Positions 40,912 through 54,929 of a stretch of 64,000 nt of DNA are shown here, piece after piece. The position numbers and the translations under genes were made by a program. Position 1 is the first letter of the stretch. Every line of letters begins with the position of its first letter. The notes under the pieces are model-generated. The model did no database searches, was not told the origin of the DNA, and worked only from the letters and a program-made list of their open reading frames with translations. Location of the stretch: NCBI GenBank assembly GCA_016748015.1, contig JAAOMT010000703.1:1176255-1240254 (forward strand), in the 5' to 3' direction. This DNA comes from Geosiphon pyriformis uo1 (Eukaryota; Fungi; Glomeromycota).

Positions 40912-41499
40912 TTTGTCTCTATTTAAGAGTAACACTTTGTCCAGTTAGTTCTAATTTATTAATTAAGCTTTGAGGACAACATAACATGTTATAAAATTAA
41001 TTTTTTTTCCATTAAATAATAAAAATATTTGACGTGTTAATATTGAATTGAAGTGATCCAATTTTAAAATAAATAACCTTTTTTTTTAAAAAAAACTTGT
41101 GAATAATTAAATAATTTCACTTATTTTAGTTGCATTAAAATTTTTGTAAAATCATATTTTTAATAATCAATTTTTCACGAAATTATAATCACTTTATATA
41201 AATTAAGAATTTGAATATATGTATATTTTTTTTAATATTTGTATATAGAAAAAGGATTTAATTGGACAAATTTATAATTTTTTAATTAATAAAAACCTTA
41301 ATAACATATCTTTCTATTAATAAATATATTCTTAATCAAATGTGTTTGTAAAATTTACAAAATTTTATACTTAATAAGAAAAATCCAATCTCAATATAAA
41401 CTTTAATTTATTATTTATATTTATATAAAAGTCATAATCAATAATTAATTAGGTGATACCAAATTTTTAGGTGAATTATTTATAAAAGCTATAAACTAA

Positions 41500-42233
41500 A
41501 AATTATTTTAGAAAAAATTTGACAAATGTTATAATCTTAAATGATCAGAAAAATCAATCAAAAATAAAAAAGAGGTGAAGAATCAAGTTGTTCTTGATAT
41601 TTTAAAAGTCAAATATGAAAGGATTAATATAAGTAGAAGACGATATAGAAGAAGATTGATTAATTTTTTGTGTTATTTCTTTAGAATTAACTGGTAATTA
41701 AATCGTTGTATAAGAATTTTTTTCATAAAATTGGTTCTCGAAGATCTTTTAAAAGCTTTGAAATTATATTTTGTTTTTCCAAGATTAGTTTACAATTTGT
41801 TTCATCATAATTCAATTTTTTATTCCTTTTTCCTGGTTGTATTTGGGTCAATACTCTTGTTAATTTTCTTTCGCAACTCCTTTACAATTCGTTTATACTC
41901 TGTTTTCACCTGTACTGACTGAAGTTGCAATGCCTGAGAAGCCATAGTTGAAATAACAGTCATTGGAAATTTATAACCTTCTGCCTTTTGCAGCTTTAAC
42001 AAAATCTCTTCGATATAGAATAAAATAATTTGGGGTTTTTTCTTTGAAAATTTTTTGAAGGTTATATCTAATTGTTTTAAAATGAAAATTTGATGGGAAT
42101 GGATTATCAAAAAAAAAGGTTTAATTGCAAGAGAAGGTAAAATCTGGCTTAAAATTTCTGGGGTTATATTATTCATAAATATGAATGGTCGAGGTTGTAA
42201 TGGGAATTTTTGATAATTTGAACATTTTTCCAT
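41500..42233 (-). pseudogene. degenerate MATA-HMG paralog of 48232-49125
   Basis: MEK..NYQK..RPFIFMNN and KAEGYKFPMTVISTMASQA..KTEYKRI match the 48232 protein; indels destroy HMG helix 1; early stop at 41820; 3' boundary approximate. Confidence 0.85.
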
Positions 42234-44821
42234 TCTTTTAATATTTATTTTAAATTTCTGAATATATATATTTTAAATTTTTCAATTCGAAAATATTTAC
42301 CAAGAGTTTTAAAAATATAATTGCAACTTGGCTTTGAAATATCTTCCTCAACTTATATGTTTTGAGTTATGAACTTTTTTAATCCAATAATCGATATTTC
42401 ATTTATTGAAACAGTTCAAGGAGAAATTTAAGCTCAACCATGTTTGAAATGCTGATAAAATTTTTTATATCAGTATTTTTAAAAGAATTCCAGCATATAA
42501 TTTTTAAATTTTTAAATTGAAGGTATTTATTAATTGATTTAAAGATTCTGTAAAGAACTTTTATGGATCCAAAAGACAATTTATAAACATGAAACACATA
42601 ATTTATTTTCAATTTTCACAATAAAATTTGGCAAGATTAATTTATTCTCCATTCATATAGATTATCAAAATAACCAGTATTTTAAAATAAATTATATTCT
42701 AGTTTTTTGTCATGCATAATAAAAAAAATTTATTTGATTATTTGTTGAAACAGTATTTAAATTCAAAATAGAAAGAACGTAAATGAATATCATTAATTAA
42801 AGTCCAGTTAAAAATAAAGTAGATATCTTATTATTGGTAATAATTTTCATTTATAGTGCCTAAATAGATCGCTTTTGCATTTTTTATAGTCTAAAATCGG
42901 ATAAGAGCGATTTCCAATTAATTCGATAATGAAATCGTTAAAATCTTTTTGGGTTTAATTAATAAAGTTTATCACGTTTTAATTCAAATCCCTTTAAAAT
43001 AGAACCTTTTCCTTTATTTATTTTTTAAACAAAGAGAATCAGAGAAACTATTTTTAGAATTAAATAAAAATATAGGAATTTTATTAAATCTTGAGGTTTT
43101 TATTTTCGATCATTAATTTAGCAGTTTATTTATAAAAATTTATTATTATTATAATATTTCTTATTTAAATTATACTTTAGAACAATACGATTGTGGAAGG
43201 ACCACACTTTGTTAAAGTATAAGATAAATTAAAATAAAAAATACTAGTTTGAAAATAATATAATAATCTTTTTATTAAACATCAGATTCTCTAAAATGAT
43301 TTTACTATAAAAGATTTAGCCAACCAAACTTTTTCTCAAAAATATTTTGAACTGATTATCGCATAATAACTCGATACAAAGACTTTTTGTGCGATAAAAT
43401 AAAATAAAATAAAATAAAATAAAATAAATATCAGGGTAATATCACACATTTTTCTATATTTAATGATTTAGGTTAAATAGATCTCACCATCAAAGCATCT
43501 AGTAATTGCTTTTAATCAATCTATCGAGTCAGGAACCCATTCAAATCGATCGCTATATGCATATCATATGAAAGTTGCAGATATTGAGAGACTCAGCGTG
43601 TTGGGTAAAGACTCGATGCAAGATGACAGAAGCCAAGGAAACAAAACTATCTTGGTATGATATTCTCCTTAGAATTCGAATAAAATAAATAATAAAATCA
43701 AGAAAAGTGTAACAGAAATGACTAATTCTGGGTTAATTTCTTTTAAAGAATAATACAAATTTTTTGTTAAAATTAGCCCTTTGAACAGGTCCCAGAATAT
43801 TGAAAAGAAATGTGATTTCAAATGTGTTTCAAGAGTACTTTGCCACCCAAAGTTCGGAAAATTCAAGGGAGAAGTTTAATTCTTATCTTTTTGAAACTTG
43901 AATAAACAATACACGATTTTAGGAAATAAAATAGGGGTCACTCAATTCGTAAACAATAATACTGTAAAATTAAACTGAAAAATTGAAAAATATATATCAA
44001 TTAAAACTCTGGCTTTTCAATCTTTGGACACCAAAAAATATATTTTTCGATCCATTTTTGATGTTTCATGTAGCATTTAATGAAAAAAGTAAACAAGAAA
44101 ATTAAAAAGAACAAATTTATTAGCCACGTACATGTATTTCTAAATGAGACTAAAATCTTATAATTGGGAAGAAAATTGCTAAATTTTGGTTTGGGAACTT
44201 GAAACCCTTAAAAAATAAGAATACATTTGCCTTCAAAATATGATTTTTTGTGTTTAGTCTGTAATAAAATAGTTTTGTAAATTTTATCACAAAAAAAAAG
44301 TTGCTTAAATTAGAATCTAAAGATTTTCATTTATTTCTCTTTTGATTTCTATTCAGTCTTCATATATTTCTCTTTTAATTTCTATTCAGTCTTAATTATA
44401 TTTCATTCTCAAAATTAAAATATGTTTTTTATAATTTTACAGAAATGTTAATGCAACTCAAAATTATTTTTAACGAATATAAGAAAATCTTCTTTTTTAA
44501 TGTGAAATGGAATCCATTTTAAATGCAATTACATTCTTAATGTAAAATTAAACAAAGTGTTTTGTTAAAAAAAAATTATTTCAAATAATAAAAAAGCATA
44601 AAATACACTAAAAGATTTTTAAAGATTTCTAACTTCTAAAATAATTTAATACTAGTTATTTAAAACGCAATAAAAGATACTGAAAATCAAGTTCTAATAT
44701 TTCATGCTGAAAGGCATTTTATAAACATAGAATTTTGTTAAAATTTTTCAAAACCAAGAAATTTAAATACTCAAAAAAAAAGTTTTCTCTAATATAAAAA
44801 ATTTTTCGTGAAAATTCAAAA

Positions 44822-46361
44822 TCAAGTAATTTTAATTGAAGGCTTATTATTAATTATAGTACAATTGGTAAAAATTGTACCAAAATAAGGGCCCAGATTA
44901 ATTTTTGCAATATCATCCGGGTCTTCAGAGTCGACTGTGCCCAAATTGCATTCCTTGAATGTATTATATAATATTTTTAATTCAAAAACGAGGTCTGCGA
45001 CTAAATTTTAATTTTTTTTTTGAATAGATTACCTGATTTTCGTCAATCACTCCTGATTTTCTTCCAATACATTTAAAGAGAATAGGTTTTTTTTTAAATG
45101 ACATACAATCACAATCAGCTTTTTCGTAATCCAACCAAAACTCTCTTTCATAGTGTAAAAATGGATCCTTTGGCAGCATTTCCCGAGAAAGCCAATCATT
45201 CCAATGAGTTACTCGATAAACCTTTTCAAAAACAATCACTCGCTTCAAAGTTTTTATGAACTCTAAATTTCCGACTCGGGGAGCACCAAATGTAACGATA
45301 CGGGTATGCCATGGACTGAATCCAAGATCTTTTAGTAAACCTCCGGCTATTAATGCTCTATTAAAGCACATAGCAGCTAGCGTTGCATATGCTTTGGAAA
45401 AAAAAACTTTTGAATAGGGGTTTTTTGGAGTAAAAAAAAGTCAAATTCAGAACCCAAAGTTTACCACCACCAACTCCATGTCCAACAAAGTAAACGGAAA
45501 GCAACACTTGTGGAAATTTTGCCTGGGAAATTTTTGCAAGCTTTTCAAACAATGAAGGCATCATTTGCTCGACATGACTCAGCCAATGAAAATCAACTAA
45601 ACTTTGTTGATCTGTCTGAATTGGAGGAGTGAGGTGAAATTTCCTACTCTGCCATTGACTTTTGCTAAGTATTGGTCCTGCAAAGTAAACAACAAGTCTC
45701 TGGTTGTTTACTGACATATCCCATATGTCAGCTGTACAATTCAAAGGATACGTGTTTTACAAAAAATAATAAAAAGAGTAAGTCTTTGTTTCCAATAAAT
45801 TCTAAATAGAATCGATCTTTATAAGCCAAATTATAAAATATCAACTTACCCACGATATTTTCCCCTTTTACAGCTTTACCAATTTCATTTTGAGAAAAAC
45901 AATAACCAAAATTTGCAATTATTGACATACGTTTCAGAAAAACCATTAAAGTGGCCTCAGAAACTTGGACTTTTTGTTCTGCGAGTTTCACTGGTTTAGG
46001 TTTATTTGTTGTTCGTTTAGGGTAGATTTTCCCATCTTTTCTTAACCACATTAACTGTTTTTCATTTTCTTTCTTGAGAAAATTTACTCCCATATCTTGA
46101 TTTTTAAGATGAGTTGTGTTAACTTTTTTTGTTAGGAAATTTAAAAATTTCTGATATTTAGCCTGGGATAATAATGAAACCCCGAAAACTTTTTATTCGG
46201 TCCACATTACATTGAAATAAATTTTTGTTCAACTTTTCAGCAAGATTCGATTGAAAAATATTTATATCGGTCAAAGGGTTGCTAACTAAAAACCTCGTGT
46301 AAATGGGCACGAACACGAGGAATCCTAAAAAGAAAGGAACAAGATACATGTATCTCATCAT
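44822..46361 (-). CDS. lipase-3-fold pseudoenzyme A (Ser->Gly, His->Asn), 5 exons
   Basis: N-terminal hydrophobic segment; ANFGYC; FVGHGVGGAYA; TFGAPRVGN; RVTHWNDWLSR; FLHYEREFWL; last exon ECNLGTVD..INLGPYFG; exons open and in phase. Confidence 0.85.
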
Positions 46362-47244
46362 ATTAAAGATAAAGTTAGATTCGAAATGCCTAGTTTTATA
46401 TGATTGTTAAAAACTTTTGAAATCTAACAAATATTTGAACCCCGATTGTCGATTACCGGTTACTGATCATTTCATAATTTTAAGATTGTATGATTCCATA
46501 ATGAATTTAAAAAAATAAAATAATGAATATCAAATTATGTTTTTCCATCTTGTCAAATATATATTAATTGATTGCATAAAGTTTGATATTCTTTAATCAG
46601 TTAATTTAAGAATTATTAATAATGCAAAAGAGTTTTTAGTCACCAATTGAAGTTTAAATTATTTTAAAAGGCTTCATTAATTATAAAAGTTAAAAGATTT
46701 ATAGGATTTAAATATTATGAAATTAAACTTGAAAGTTTTATTCAAAAAACCAAAAATTAAAAATAATGTATTTAAAATTTATTAAAATGAGTCACTTTTA
46801 TTTTGGCAAGTTTAAGTACATTTATAAAACTTTTATACATGTAATTTATCATGAAAAAATTACTAAAAATATGTAATCATTAAATAACACAAAGTGAAAA
46901 TTAAAATCTGGTGACAAGCTGAACTTTAAGAATAATTTTATACGTAATACATGTAAAAATAGGGTTCATTCTATTTTGGAATTCTATTTGTTCTAGTCTT
47001 GATCGAATGCATTGAAAGGATTCAAGATCTCTGATCAAAGAATGTGGCTGACTAATAACTTGGATTACATATAAGATTGTAAAGAAATATAATAAAGTTG
47101 ATGATACTGTATATAATATATAATAAAGTTGATAATATTGATGAAAAAACTAGATAATATTAATTTAATATATATTCACAAACTTTGAGATTAAGAAACT
47201 TTTTTATTTTATTAATAAAAAATTAATCCAGAAAAAATTTATGT

Positions 47245-47368
47245 ATTATGTATGTATGTTTGTATGTATGTTTGTATGTATGTATGTATTTATGTATGTA
47301 TGTATGTATGTATGTATATATGTATATTTGTATATGTGTATACGTATATTTATATATATTTATATGTA
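47245..47368. repeat. (TATG)n microsatellite
   Basis: Directly visible. Confidence 0.95.
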
Positions 47369-48231
47369 AATTAAAAGATTATTTTAATTATTTATATATT
47401 GGATTTACAAGATATCTGTAACACTTGATGAGATTTATTTCGTAAGAATCTTGTCGTGTCTTAATAAAATTTTTTTCAAATGTTTAAAAGTTTCAGTTTC
47501 ATATGCATATTTCCACTGAATAAGAACGGTTTATTAAAAAGCGATACATCGAAGTTTTTTATCTTTTCAATACAAGATACTGCAGATATCGATATAAAAT
47601 ATTTTTAAATACATGTAATAAAATAGGTATCCTCTATTACATCCTAAATTGATTCCATTAAAATTGACTACATTAAAATAAAATCAATGAATAATTTAGA
47701 GTTCTTTTATACTATTAACTTTTTTCTTTTGTAAAAAATTTCATGAAAGGAAATACTATTTATATATTTTTCTAGTTTACAGTATTTTATCAAACTGAAT
47801 TGAGCTGAATTGAATTTAATTGAATTGCTTTTGTAAGTTTTATTTTTAAATTTTTTCTCGGATGAATTATTTAGGCTTTTTTTGTATTTACATTAGGAAA
47901 TTCGGCAAAATTTTATTTTACTCACTCCATTTGGTTAGATTGTATAAAAATTTCAACGTAAAAATGACATAGAATTTTCTGGATGCCAAGTGCTGAGCAA
48001 CTTTAAAATGAGAAGGAATATAATACGTGTATGCCAAGATTTCGTTCCTTCTCTAACTTTTTGGGCTATTTAATTCCCACGACTACAAAGTGACGTAGCT
48101 ATTAAAGAAATGGATTATTGCCAAAGAGGCTTAGCAAATATCAGAAAAAATATAAACACACTCGAGGGCTTTTTTTTAAAAAAAAAAAAAAAAAGGAAAA
48201 TTGAAATATAATATTCTAATTAAAGTAAAGA

Positions 48232-49125
48232 ATGGAAAAACTCCCAAATAATCAAAAGTCACCTGATCATTCCTCGTCAACCCGTCCATATATATTCATA
48301 AACAATACAATACCAAAAAGTCCAAGCCAACTATTACCTTCTACTACTACAACAAAAGCCTTTTTCAATATACCTTTCCCTCCTAAATTTTCTCCAGAGG
48401 AATTGAATTTAAAATCGAGAAAGAATTCAATACCAACTAAAACTCCGAATGCTTTTATTTTATATCGAAAAGCTTTTGTAAAAGCTGCAAAGGCAGAAGG
48501 TTATAAACTACCAATGACTGTTATATCAACTATGGCTTCTCAGGCATGGAAATTTGTTCCTTTAAATGAGAAAACAGAGTATAAACGAATTGCTAATGAG
48601 TTGAGAAAAAATTATAATGAAACTGTGGGTTTAAAAATAAAAGAGAAAAGGAAAAATAATAAGAGAGTAAAAGATTGGAAAAATCATGAAAGTATATTTC
48701 TAAAAAAACTCTCAGAGATTTCAACATCTTCTGAAAAGTCTGAAATGTATATTTCAGAAACAAATGAGTTTAATATTGGTTCCAGTTCAATATGTTATGA
48801 GAAATCAAACCAATTAGAAAATGTCAATTTTTCATCATCTCCAATACCGTTCTCTTCAATTGATCATATGATGAACAATAATAATTTGTTTCTTAATAAT
48901 TTTACACCAGTTATCATACCTTCAGAACAATTCCCACTGAATGAAGTTTTAGAATTAAAATATTCAAATTCTTTCCAACAATCATTGGAAACTCGACAAC
49001 CTTTTTATTTCACTAAAGAATTGGAAAAAGATTTAAGCTATCCTACTTCGTTATATCCAATCCTATCACGAAATGAAAATGATGTAATTGTGATGGATTC
49101 GGGTATCGATATTTTTTATACTTGA
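48232..49125 (+). CDS. MATA-type HMG-box transcription factor, 297 aa
   Basis: KTPNAFILYRKAFVK..PMTVISTMASQAWKFVPLNEKTEYKRIA; intact ORF. Confidence 0.92.
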   Translation: MEKLPNNQKSPDHSSSTRPYIFINNTIPKSPSQLLPSTTTTKAFFNIPFPPKFSPEELNLKSRKNSIPTKTPNAFILYRKAFVKAAKAEGYKLPMTVISTMASQAWKFVPLNEKTEYKRIANELRKNYNETVGLKIKEKRKNNKRVKDWKNHESIFLKKLSEISTSSEKSEMYISETNEFNIGSSSICYEKSNQLENVNFSSSPIPFSSIDHMMNNNNLFLNNFTPVIIPSEQFPLNEVLELKYSNSFQQSLETRQPFYFTKELEKDLSYPTSLYPILSRNENDVIVMDSGIDIFYT

Positions 49126-49560
49126 GACAATATAAATTAAATTTAGCTCATAATGTTTGACTTCTTTAATAATTAACCTTTAAATTTTGTTAAATTATAT
49201 TTTTTTGTAAATATGGTTTTCGATGAGTATGTGGCATGACATTTGTTTATTATCGATGATAAACCCTTTTTTTTTTTTTTTTTTTTAATTTTCAGCCCGC
49301 TAAAAATTCCACGCAGTTAATGCATATACCTTTAAGTGATAATCATATTACATTTATAAAGAGATTTCTAAAATAATTTTTATCTTTTCTTGATATACAC
49401 TATTTTTAAAATTTATATTCGGAATCATTTTATCCAATATTTTAAGTCTAGTAATCTATTTTATTATTTATTTATTTTCAACTTATAATAAGTTTTGCAT
49501 AATGACTTGTATTTATGTTGTTTGACAAAAATATGATCCTGGGGGGGGGGGGGGCAAAGA

Positions 49561-49790
49561 NNNNNNNNNNNNNNNNNNNNNNNNNNNNNNNNNNNNNNNN
49601 NNNNNNNNNNNNNNNNNNNNNNNNNNNNNNNNNNNNNNNNNNNNNNNNNNNNNNNNNNNNNNNNNNNNNNNNNNNNNNNNNNNNNNNNNNNNNNNNNNNN
49701 NNNNNNNNNNNNNNNNNNNNNNNNNNNNNNNNNNNNNNNNNNNNNNNNNNNNNNNNNNNNNNNNNNNNNNNNNNNNNNNNNNNNNNNNNN
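49561..49790. other. assembly gap (230 N) between poly-G and poly-A/T runs
   Basis: Run of N. Confidence 1.
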
Positions 49791-50847
49791 AAAAAAAAAA
49801 AAAAAAAATTTTTTTTTCTCATGCATATATCATATGACAGAGCAGAAATAATTCCTGATTTTTTCAAGAGAGATGGTGAAATGACGTTATTTTAAGGAAT
49901 TTTTTTTTTAAAATCGAACGTGAAATCGGTAAAAATAATTAACTCTCTCCTAGAGATCGCTTAATGGGTTCACATGCCAAATGAAGATCTAATCAAATGA
50001 TATTTGCTTTGGTATGCATAAATAAATACTTCTTTTAGAAGGTATTTGTGAATTTAACAAATAAATAAGAATTTTAGAACTATTAAAAAAAAATTTGTTT
50101 GAATTTGAATTTTTGAATATATATATTGGAATATATAATACATAATTTCTATGGTTTCTTACTCTTTTAATCCTTGAGCATGTATTCGAATATTAAATTT
50201 TATAATTTACAAAAATTTATGATTCACACGTGAGCTCTAATGAGGAAATTTTCTTAATTGTCAATCATCAGTCATTCCTCTTATACAAGTGCATATTTTG
50301 TACACCAATTTTCCTTATAGATCTATGTTTAGTTCTTTATTGGGATTTTCATTTAGGATTCCCTTTTACTAATAATATAAAAAAATTATGAAAAAATCAT
50401 TTCGTTAAATATAAATAAAAGCAATTAAAATTTTATCATTATTATTTCCTAGATTTTAAGAGAAAAAACTTTCTATTTATTAAAAAACCAATAAAAACTA
50501 ATATTTTTGAATTCAAAATAAAAGTCATTCATATTTGATATTAAATATTAAACAGAGATATTTAAATTTAAAAATATTTAAATTTTTAATAAATTTATTA
50601 AATTACAACAATAATTATTAACCAATTTATTTAATATAAGCATATTGAAATCTTTATGATAAACTAAATTATATTCAATATGGTTTTTAATATGATTAAA
50701 TTTAATTTTTTTGATAAAATTGATTTGTTCTTAATGAATAATCAATGTTTCATTTTTTATCTTTAGAAAAAAATTCATTCTAATTGATTTTTTTTTAATT
50801 GAAAGTCAACAACCGATCAGAGCTTTGATTTAAAAGTCAAAAAATTC

Positions 50848-52404
50848 TTATTTGTTTAAAATTGCGGGATTTATTCCATTACAATCACCAAAAGTAATAC
50901 CAAAATAGGGTCCCCGATTTGTGAACCCATAGTCATCTTCCTCATTTTCAGAGTCGACTGTTCCCAAGTTACATTCCTAAAAAATATATATTTTTTGTTC
51001 AATAAAAATTTTTTCCACAAATATTTTAAAAAATACAATTTCTTTCAAGAGATTACCGAATTTTCGTCAATTTCTCCCCGAGAATTTCTTCCAATACATT
51101 GAAAAAGAGTCTCTTTTCTTTGAAATGGTGGACACTCACAATCGTTCGGTTCATAATCAAGCCAAAGTTCCCTCTCGTAGTGTAAAAATTGACCCTTTGG
51201 AGAGAAATCGCGAGAAAGCCAGTCATTATGTCGAGTAACTCTGTAAGCACCACGAGTGGGTAAATTGTTTCTCACTGTTCTTACAAATGCGTAATTGCCA
51301 ATTCGAGGAGCACCGAATGTGACGAGATTTACTTGTGTTCTTTTAAAGAGATTATCTTGTTTTAAAATTCCGGCATGCGTCATGTATTTAAAATATATAG
51401 CGGCTAGCGTTGCATATGCTTTAGCAAAAATAATTTAATATTCATCAAATAAAAATGTTTTATGTTTAAATCAAGTGTTTTTCTTTTCTTTTTTTTTTCT
51501 TTTTTTTTCAAAATAAATTGTTTTTACCTCCACCAACTCCATGTCCCACAAAGTAAATTGGTACAGGCCGAAATACATATTTTCTAAGTTTATTTATTAA
51601 AAAAGGCACCATTTGCTGAACATGACTCAACCAAATAGAATCAACCAAACTCTTTTGATGAAGATCAGGACTCATGTCTATTTCAGTGACCTTTAATTGT
51701 CTCTCAAACCACTCTTTTTTGCTGAGACTTGGGCCTCGAAAGTAAACAAAAGGTGTGTGACCTCCATCTGGCTTTATCCATATATCAGCTGGGAGATTAA
51801 AGAAAAAAAGTTATGAAAATAAAAAGGGAAAGATTTTACTTTAGGAAAAACAAAGAGCCGTTTTTTTTGGTAAGTTTCAATCGAGTATTAAATGGGTAAA
51901 TAGGTAATATACCGACAATATCTTCTGTTTGCAAAGTTTTTCCGATTTCATTCTGAGGTAAACAATAAGCGAAATTTGCAACTTGAGCCATTCGCCTTAG
52001 AAACGATATTACCGACTTATTGAGAAATTCAACCTTGCTTGTTGTAATTTTTATTGGTCCAGAGCGTTTGACCACATTTTCTATACCCTTCAAATTTATG
52101 TTATTTCCTTTTTTCAAGCTCATTAAAGTGTGGTCTACCTTTTGCTTAAAAGGGTTTACTATAGATGACTTTTCTTTGAAGCAGGAATTTGGCTTTAAGG
52201 CGTTAGAATGATGGTAGTAATAATTAAATTTAAAAAATTTGAATTTTATTTCTCACTACCTTGAAAATCGTTCTTCTTCAAATTCTTGTCAACTTCAAAT
52301 TGAAAACTATTTATATTTAACGAAAAGTTGTCATAAAATTTAATAAGGCTCGGTATCAATAAGACAAGTAATAAGAGAATATTTTGCATAGCATGCATGT
52401 TCAT
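50848..52404 (-). CDS. lipase-3-fold pseudoenzyme B (Ser->Gly, His->Asn), 5 exons
   Basis: MNMHAMQNILLLLVLLIPSL signal-like start; ANFAYC; FVGHGVGGAYA; TFGAPRIGN; RVTRHNDWLSR; last exon ECNLGTVD..TNRGPYFG; the intron 1 acceptor is uncertain. Confidence 0.82.
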
Positions 52405-54929
52405 TCGTTCGAAAGAGAAATCTCTGAGTATGTTTTAACCAGACTAATAGGAATAAATAATGAAACAAAGTAAAAAAGTTTGATTGGAAATCGAATTGTC
52501 TGTAAAGAAAAGAGATAAAAAAAAGTAAAAAGTTATCTTAATTAAAAATTATGTGAAAAAAAGAAACAAGGATAAAAAAATTGATAAAAGATATATATTT
52601 ATTTTATTTTATCAAAAAATACAAATTGTAAATTATTATTATTTAAAAATGAATTATTTTGTTATTCAATGATAAAAAAATCTGTTCACAAACAAAGTGA
52701 AAACATTTCCAAAATATAAATAAAATTTCAAAACAGAATTAATTTTTTATATAGAAAAAGAAATAAGATTGATAAAAAAAATTTTTCAGCAAGAATTTCA
52801 AGATTCGTTTTTTTTTAAAAAATCTCAGATTCATAAAATATAAATAAAGAAATTTGATAAAAAAAAACATTGTTATATATTTTTTCTTTTTATATAAACT
52901 TAAAAGTTTTTAAATTAAAGTGTATAAACAAATCATAATTTTTGAATTATTTTTGATTTGAAATTTTGTATATTATCAAATAATATAAAAAATTTTGAAA
53001 TATAAATTTTATTTGAATTAATTTATTATACTCGACTTTTTGTTAGAATTACAACTTTGTGAACATATGAAGGAATTTTGGAAAAAAACAATAAATATTT
53101 TTGAAAGCATCTTACTAAAAAAAGTTCTTTCTTTCTTTCCAAATCATATATAATGCTAAACAGTTGTATTGTAGAAATTTATTTTTCTAATCTCTTTTTT
53201 TTTTTTGGTATTATAATCTTAAACTGTTTCATGAAATTAATCATCTTTAATTGAATCAAAAATTAACAGCTTTGTTGGATAAAAAATAAGTTTTAATTAA
53301 TATGAGCTAAATTCAAAAATTATTAAGTTTCAGGCAAATGTTTAAAACCCAATTTACTATAATAGAGAAAACTGGTCATTTCAAAGATGAAACTAGTAGT
53401 ATAAAATCTTTTAAGAAAAAGAAAGAGAAAATATTTGATGATATTCGGAAAAAGAAAAATTATTAATCTGAAACGAATACCTGCGAGTGTCTAGGATGGT
53501 TAAAAACCAAAGTAAAAAAAGTCAAAGTTTTCTGACCCATATGACTCAGTTTCTAAATTTTGCTTATTGTACTTTTTAAAACGAAATAGAATTTTCCATA
53601 TTGTACTACTTGAAATGAAATAGCAAGAAAAAATAGTCAGTAATTTTATTAATTTAATATTCTGTTTTTTTAAAAAGAATGTATCAAAATATTTTTTATT
53701 TTAAATGGAAAAAAAAGTATTTTATTTTATTTTTAATACTTTTAACTGTTTGAATTTAATAGCTGAAATATGGATAAGTCTAAAGAAGGACAACAAGACA
53801 ATTGTTTTTTCATCAATTTTTGGTTAAGCGATTTTCAAAAAATGATGACTGAACTAATTGAAAACTTGAATTCAGTATAATTTTATTTGTCAGAAATGAA
53901 GTTGGTAAAGTTAAATATTTTATCTCAAATTATTTAATTAGCTTAAAACGTTGCATTGGATTTATTTCCAAAGTCTATGTAGTGTTAGCCTCTCGTCGTA
54001 TTTTTGTCATGCAATATGTGTAAAAATTTACAATGAAATAATAATTTTAAAACCTCAGGGTTTTAAATTTTTCATAATTAGTGCTCGCTTAATCAGACAT
54101 TTCAAATTGTGAAATAAATAAAGCAAATATTCTATCTTAAAAACTTTTTTAAAGTTACTTATTCGAATGACGGAATTTCTCCTGAATCTTTGGCATATAA
54201 AAAAATTTCTTTTTGTTTATATAAAAGTTTATTCCTTTGTCAAAGCTCTTTATTTAGGAAATTTAGGGGGCAAAAGTTTTTTTTAAATAATACTTATTGA
54301 CATATGTTTTTAGGATTGCGAATGCAAGATGATGTTGAAAATAGAAATCTCGGTACTAATAAACACTTATAAATTTTTTAGATTTATAAGCGTTTCTCAA
54401 ATAAAATTCTTATCATCTCAACCTTATGTATAATATTTGATATAGTAAACAACTGTTTTTAAATATTGAAATTCTAAGCCTTTTGTTTATACAATCCCTA
54501 ATGAAAGTAATAGTGAGAAATTTTTTTAATATTACTTTAAAATTGTATAGTAAATTTGAGACATTCTCAATTCAAGTAGCTTCAGCATAAATTTGCATGC
54601 TATTGATGAAACTAACTATATCAGTCTCAAGAAAATTCCAATTTTCTCTTGTGAACCTTTTTTTCAATATTTCTTTTGAACATTTTAAACAGAATAAGAT
54701 TTGGACTGTACAAAAACAAAGGAAAATTTTTTTTCAAGTCATTTTGAATATTATGAAAGATTTACTTTAAATTATTCATTTGCTGAAAACCCTAAAAAAA
54801 ACCATCATGTATTGCATCTAACGCCCGATTCAAAATTGGATACAAAAAATTTTGATACTTTTTCGATTTACTTCATTTTTTTATTAATTTATACACAAAA
54901 TAAAATATTATATCTAACTAATACTTTTT

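Noticed and set aside
44333-44393. Two copies of a ~27-bp direct repeat
   Set aside because: Simple local duplication with no further structure
26965-49125. HMG genes as a mating-type locus
   Set aside because: No triose-phosphate transporter/RNA helicase flanks (the Mucorales sex locus) and no homeodomain pair; MATA-HMG genes are a large dispersed family in these fungi
49464-49895. ORFs spanning the N run
   Set aside because: Artefacts of the assembly gap
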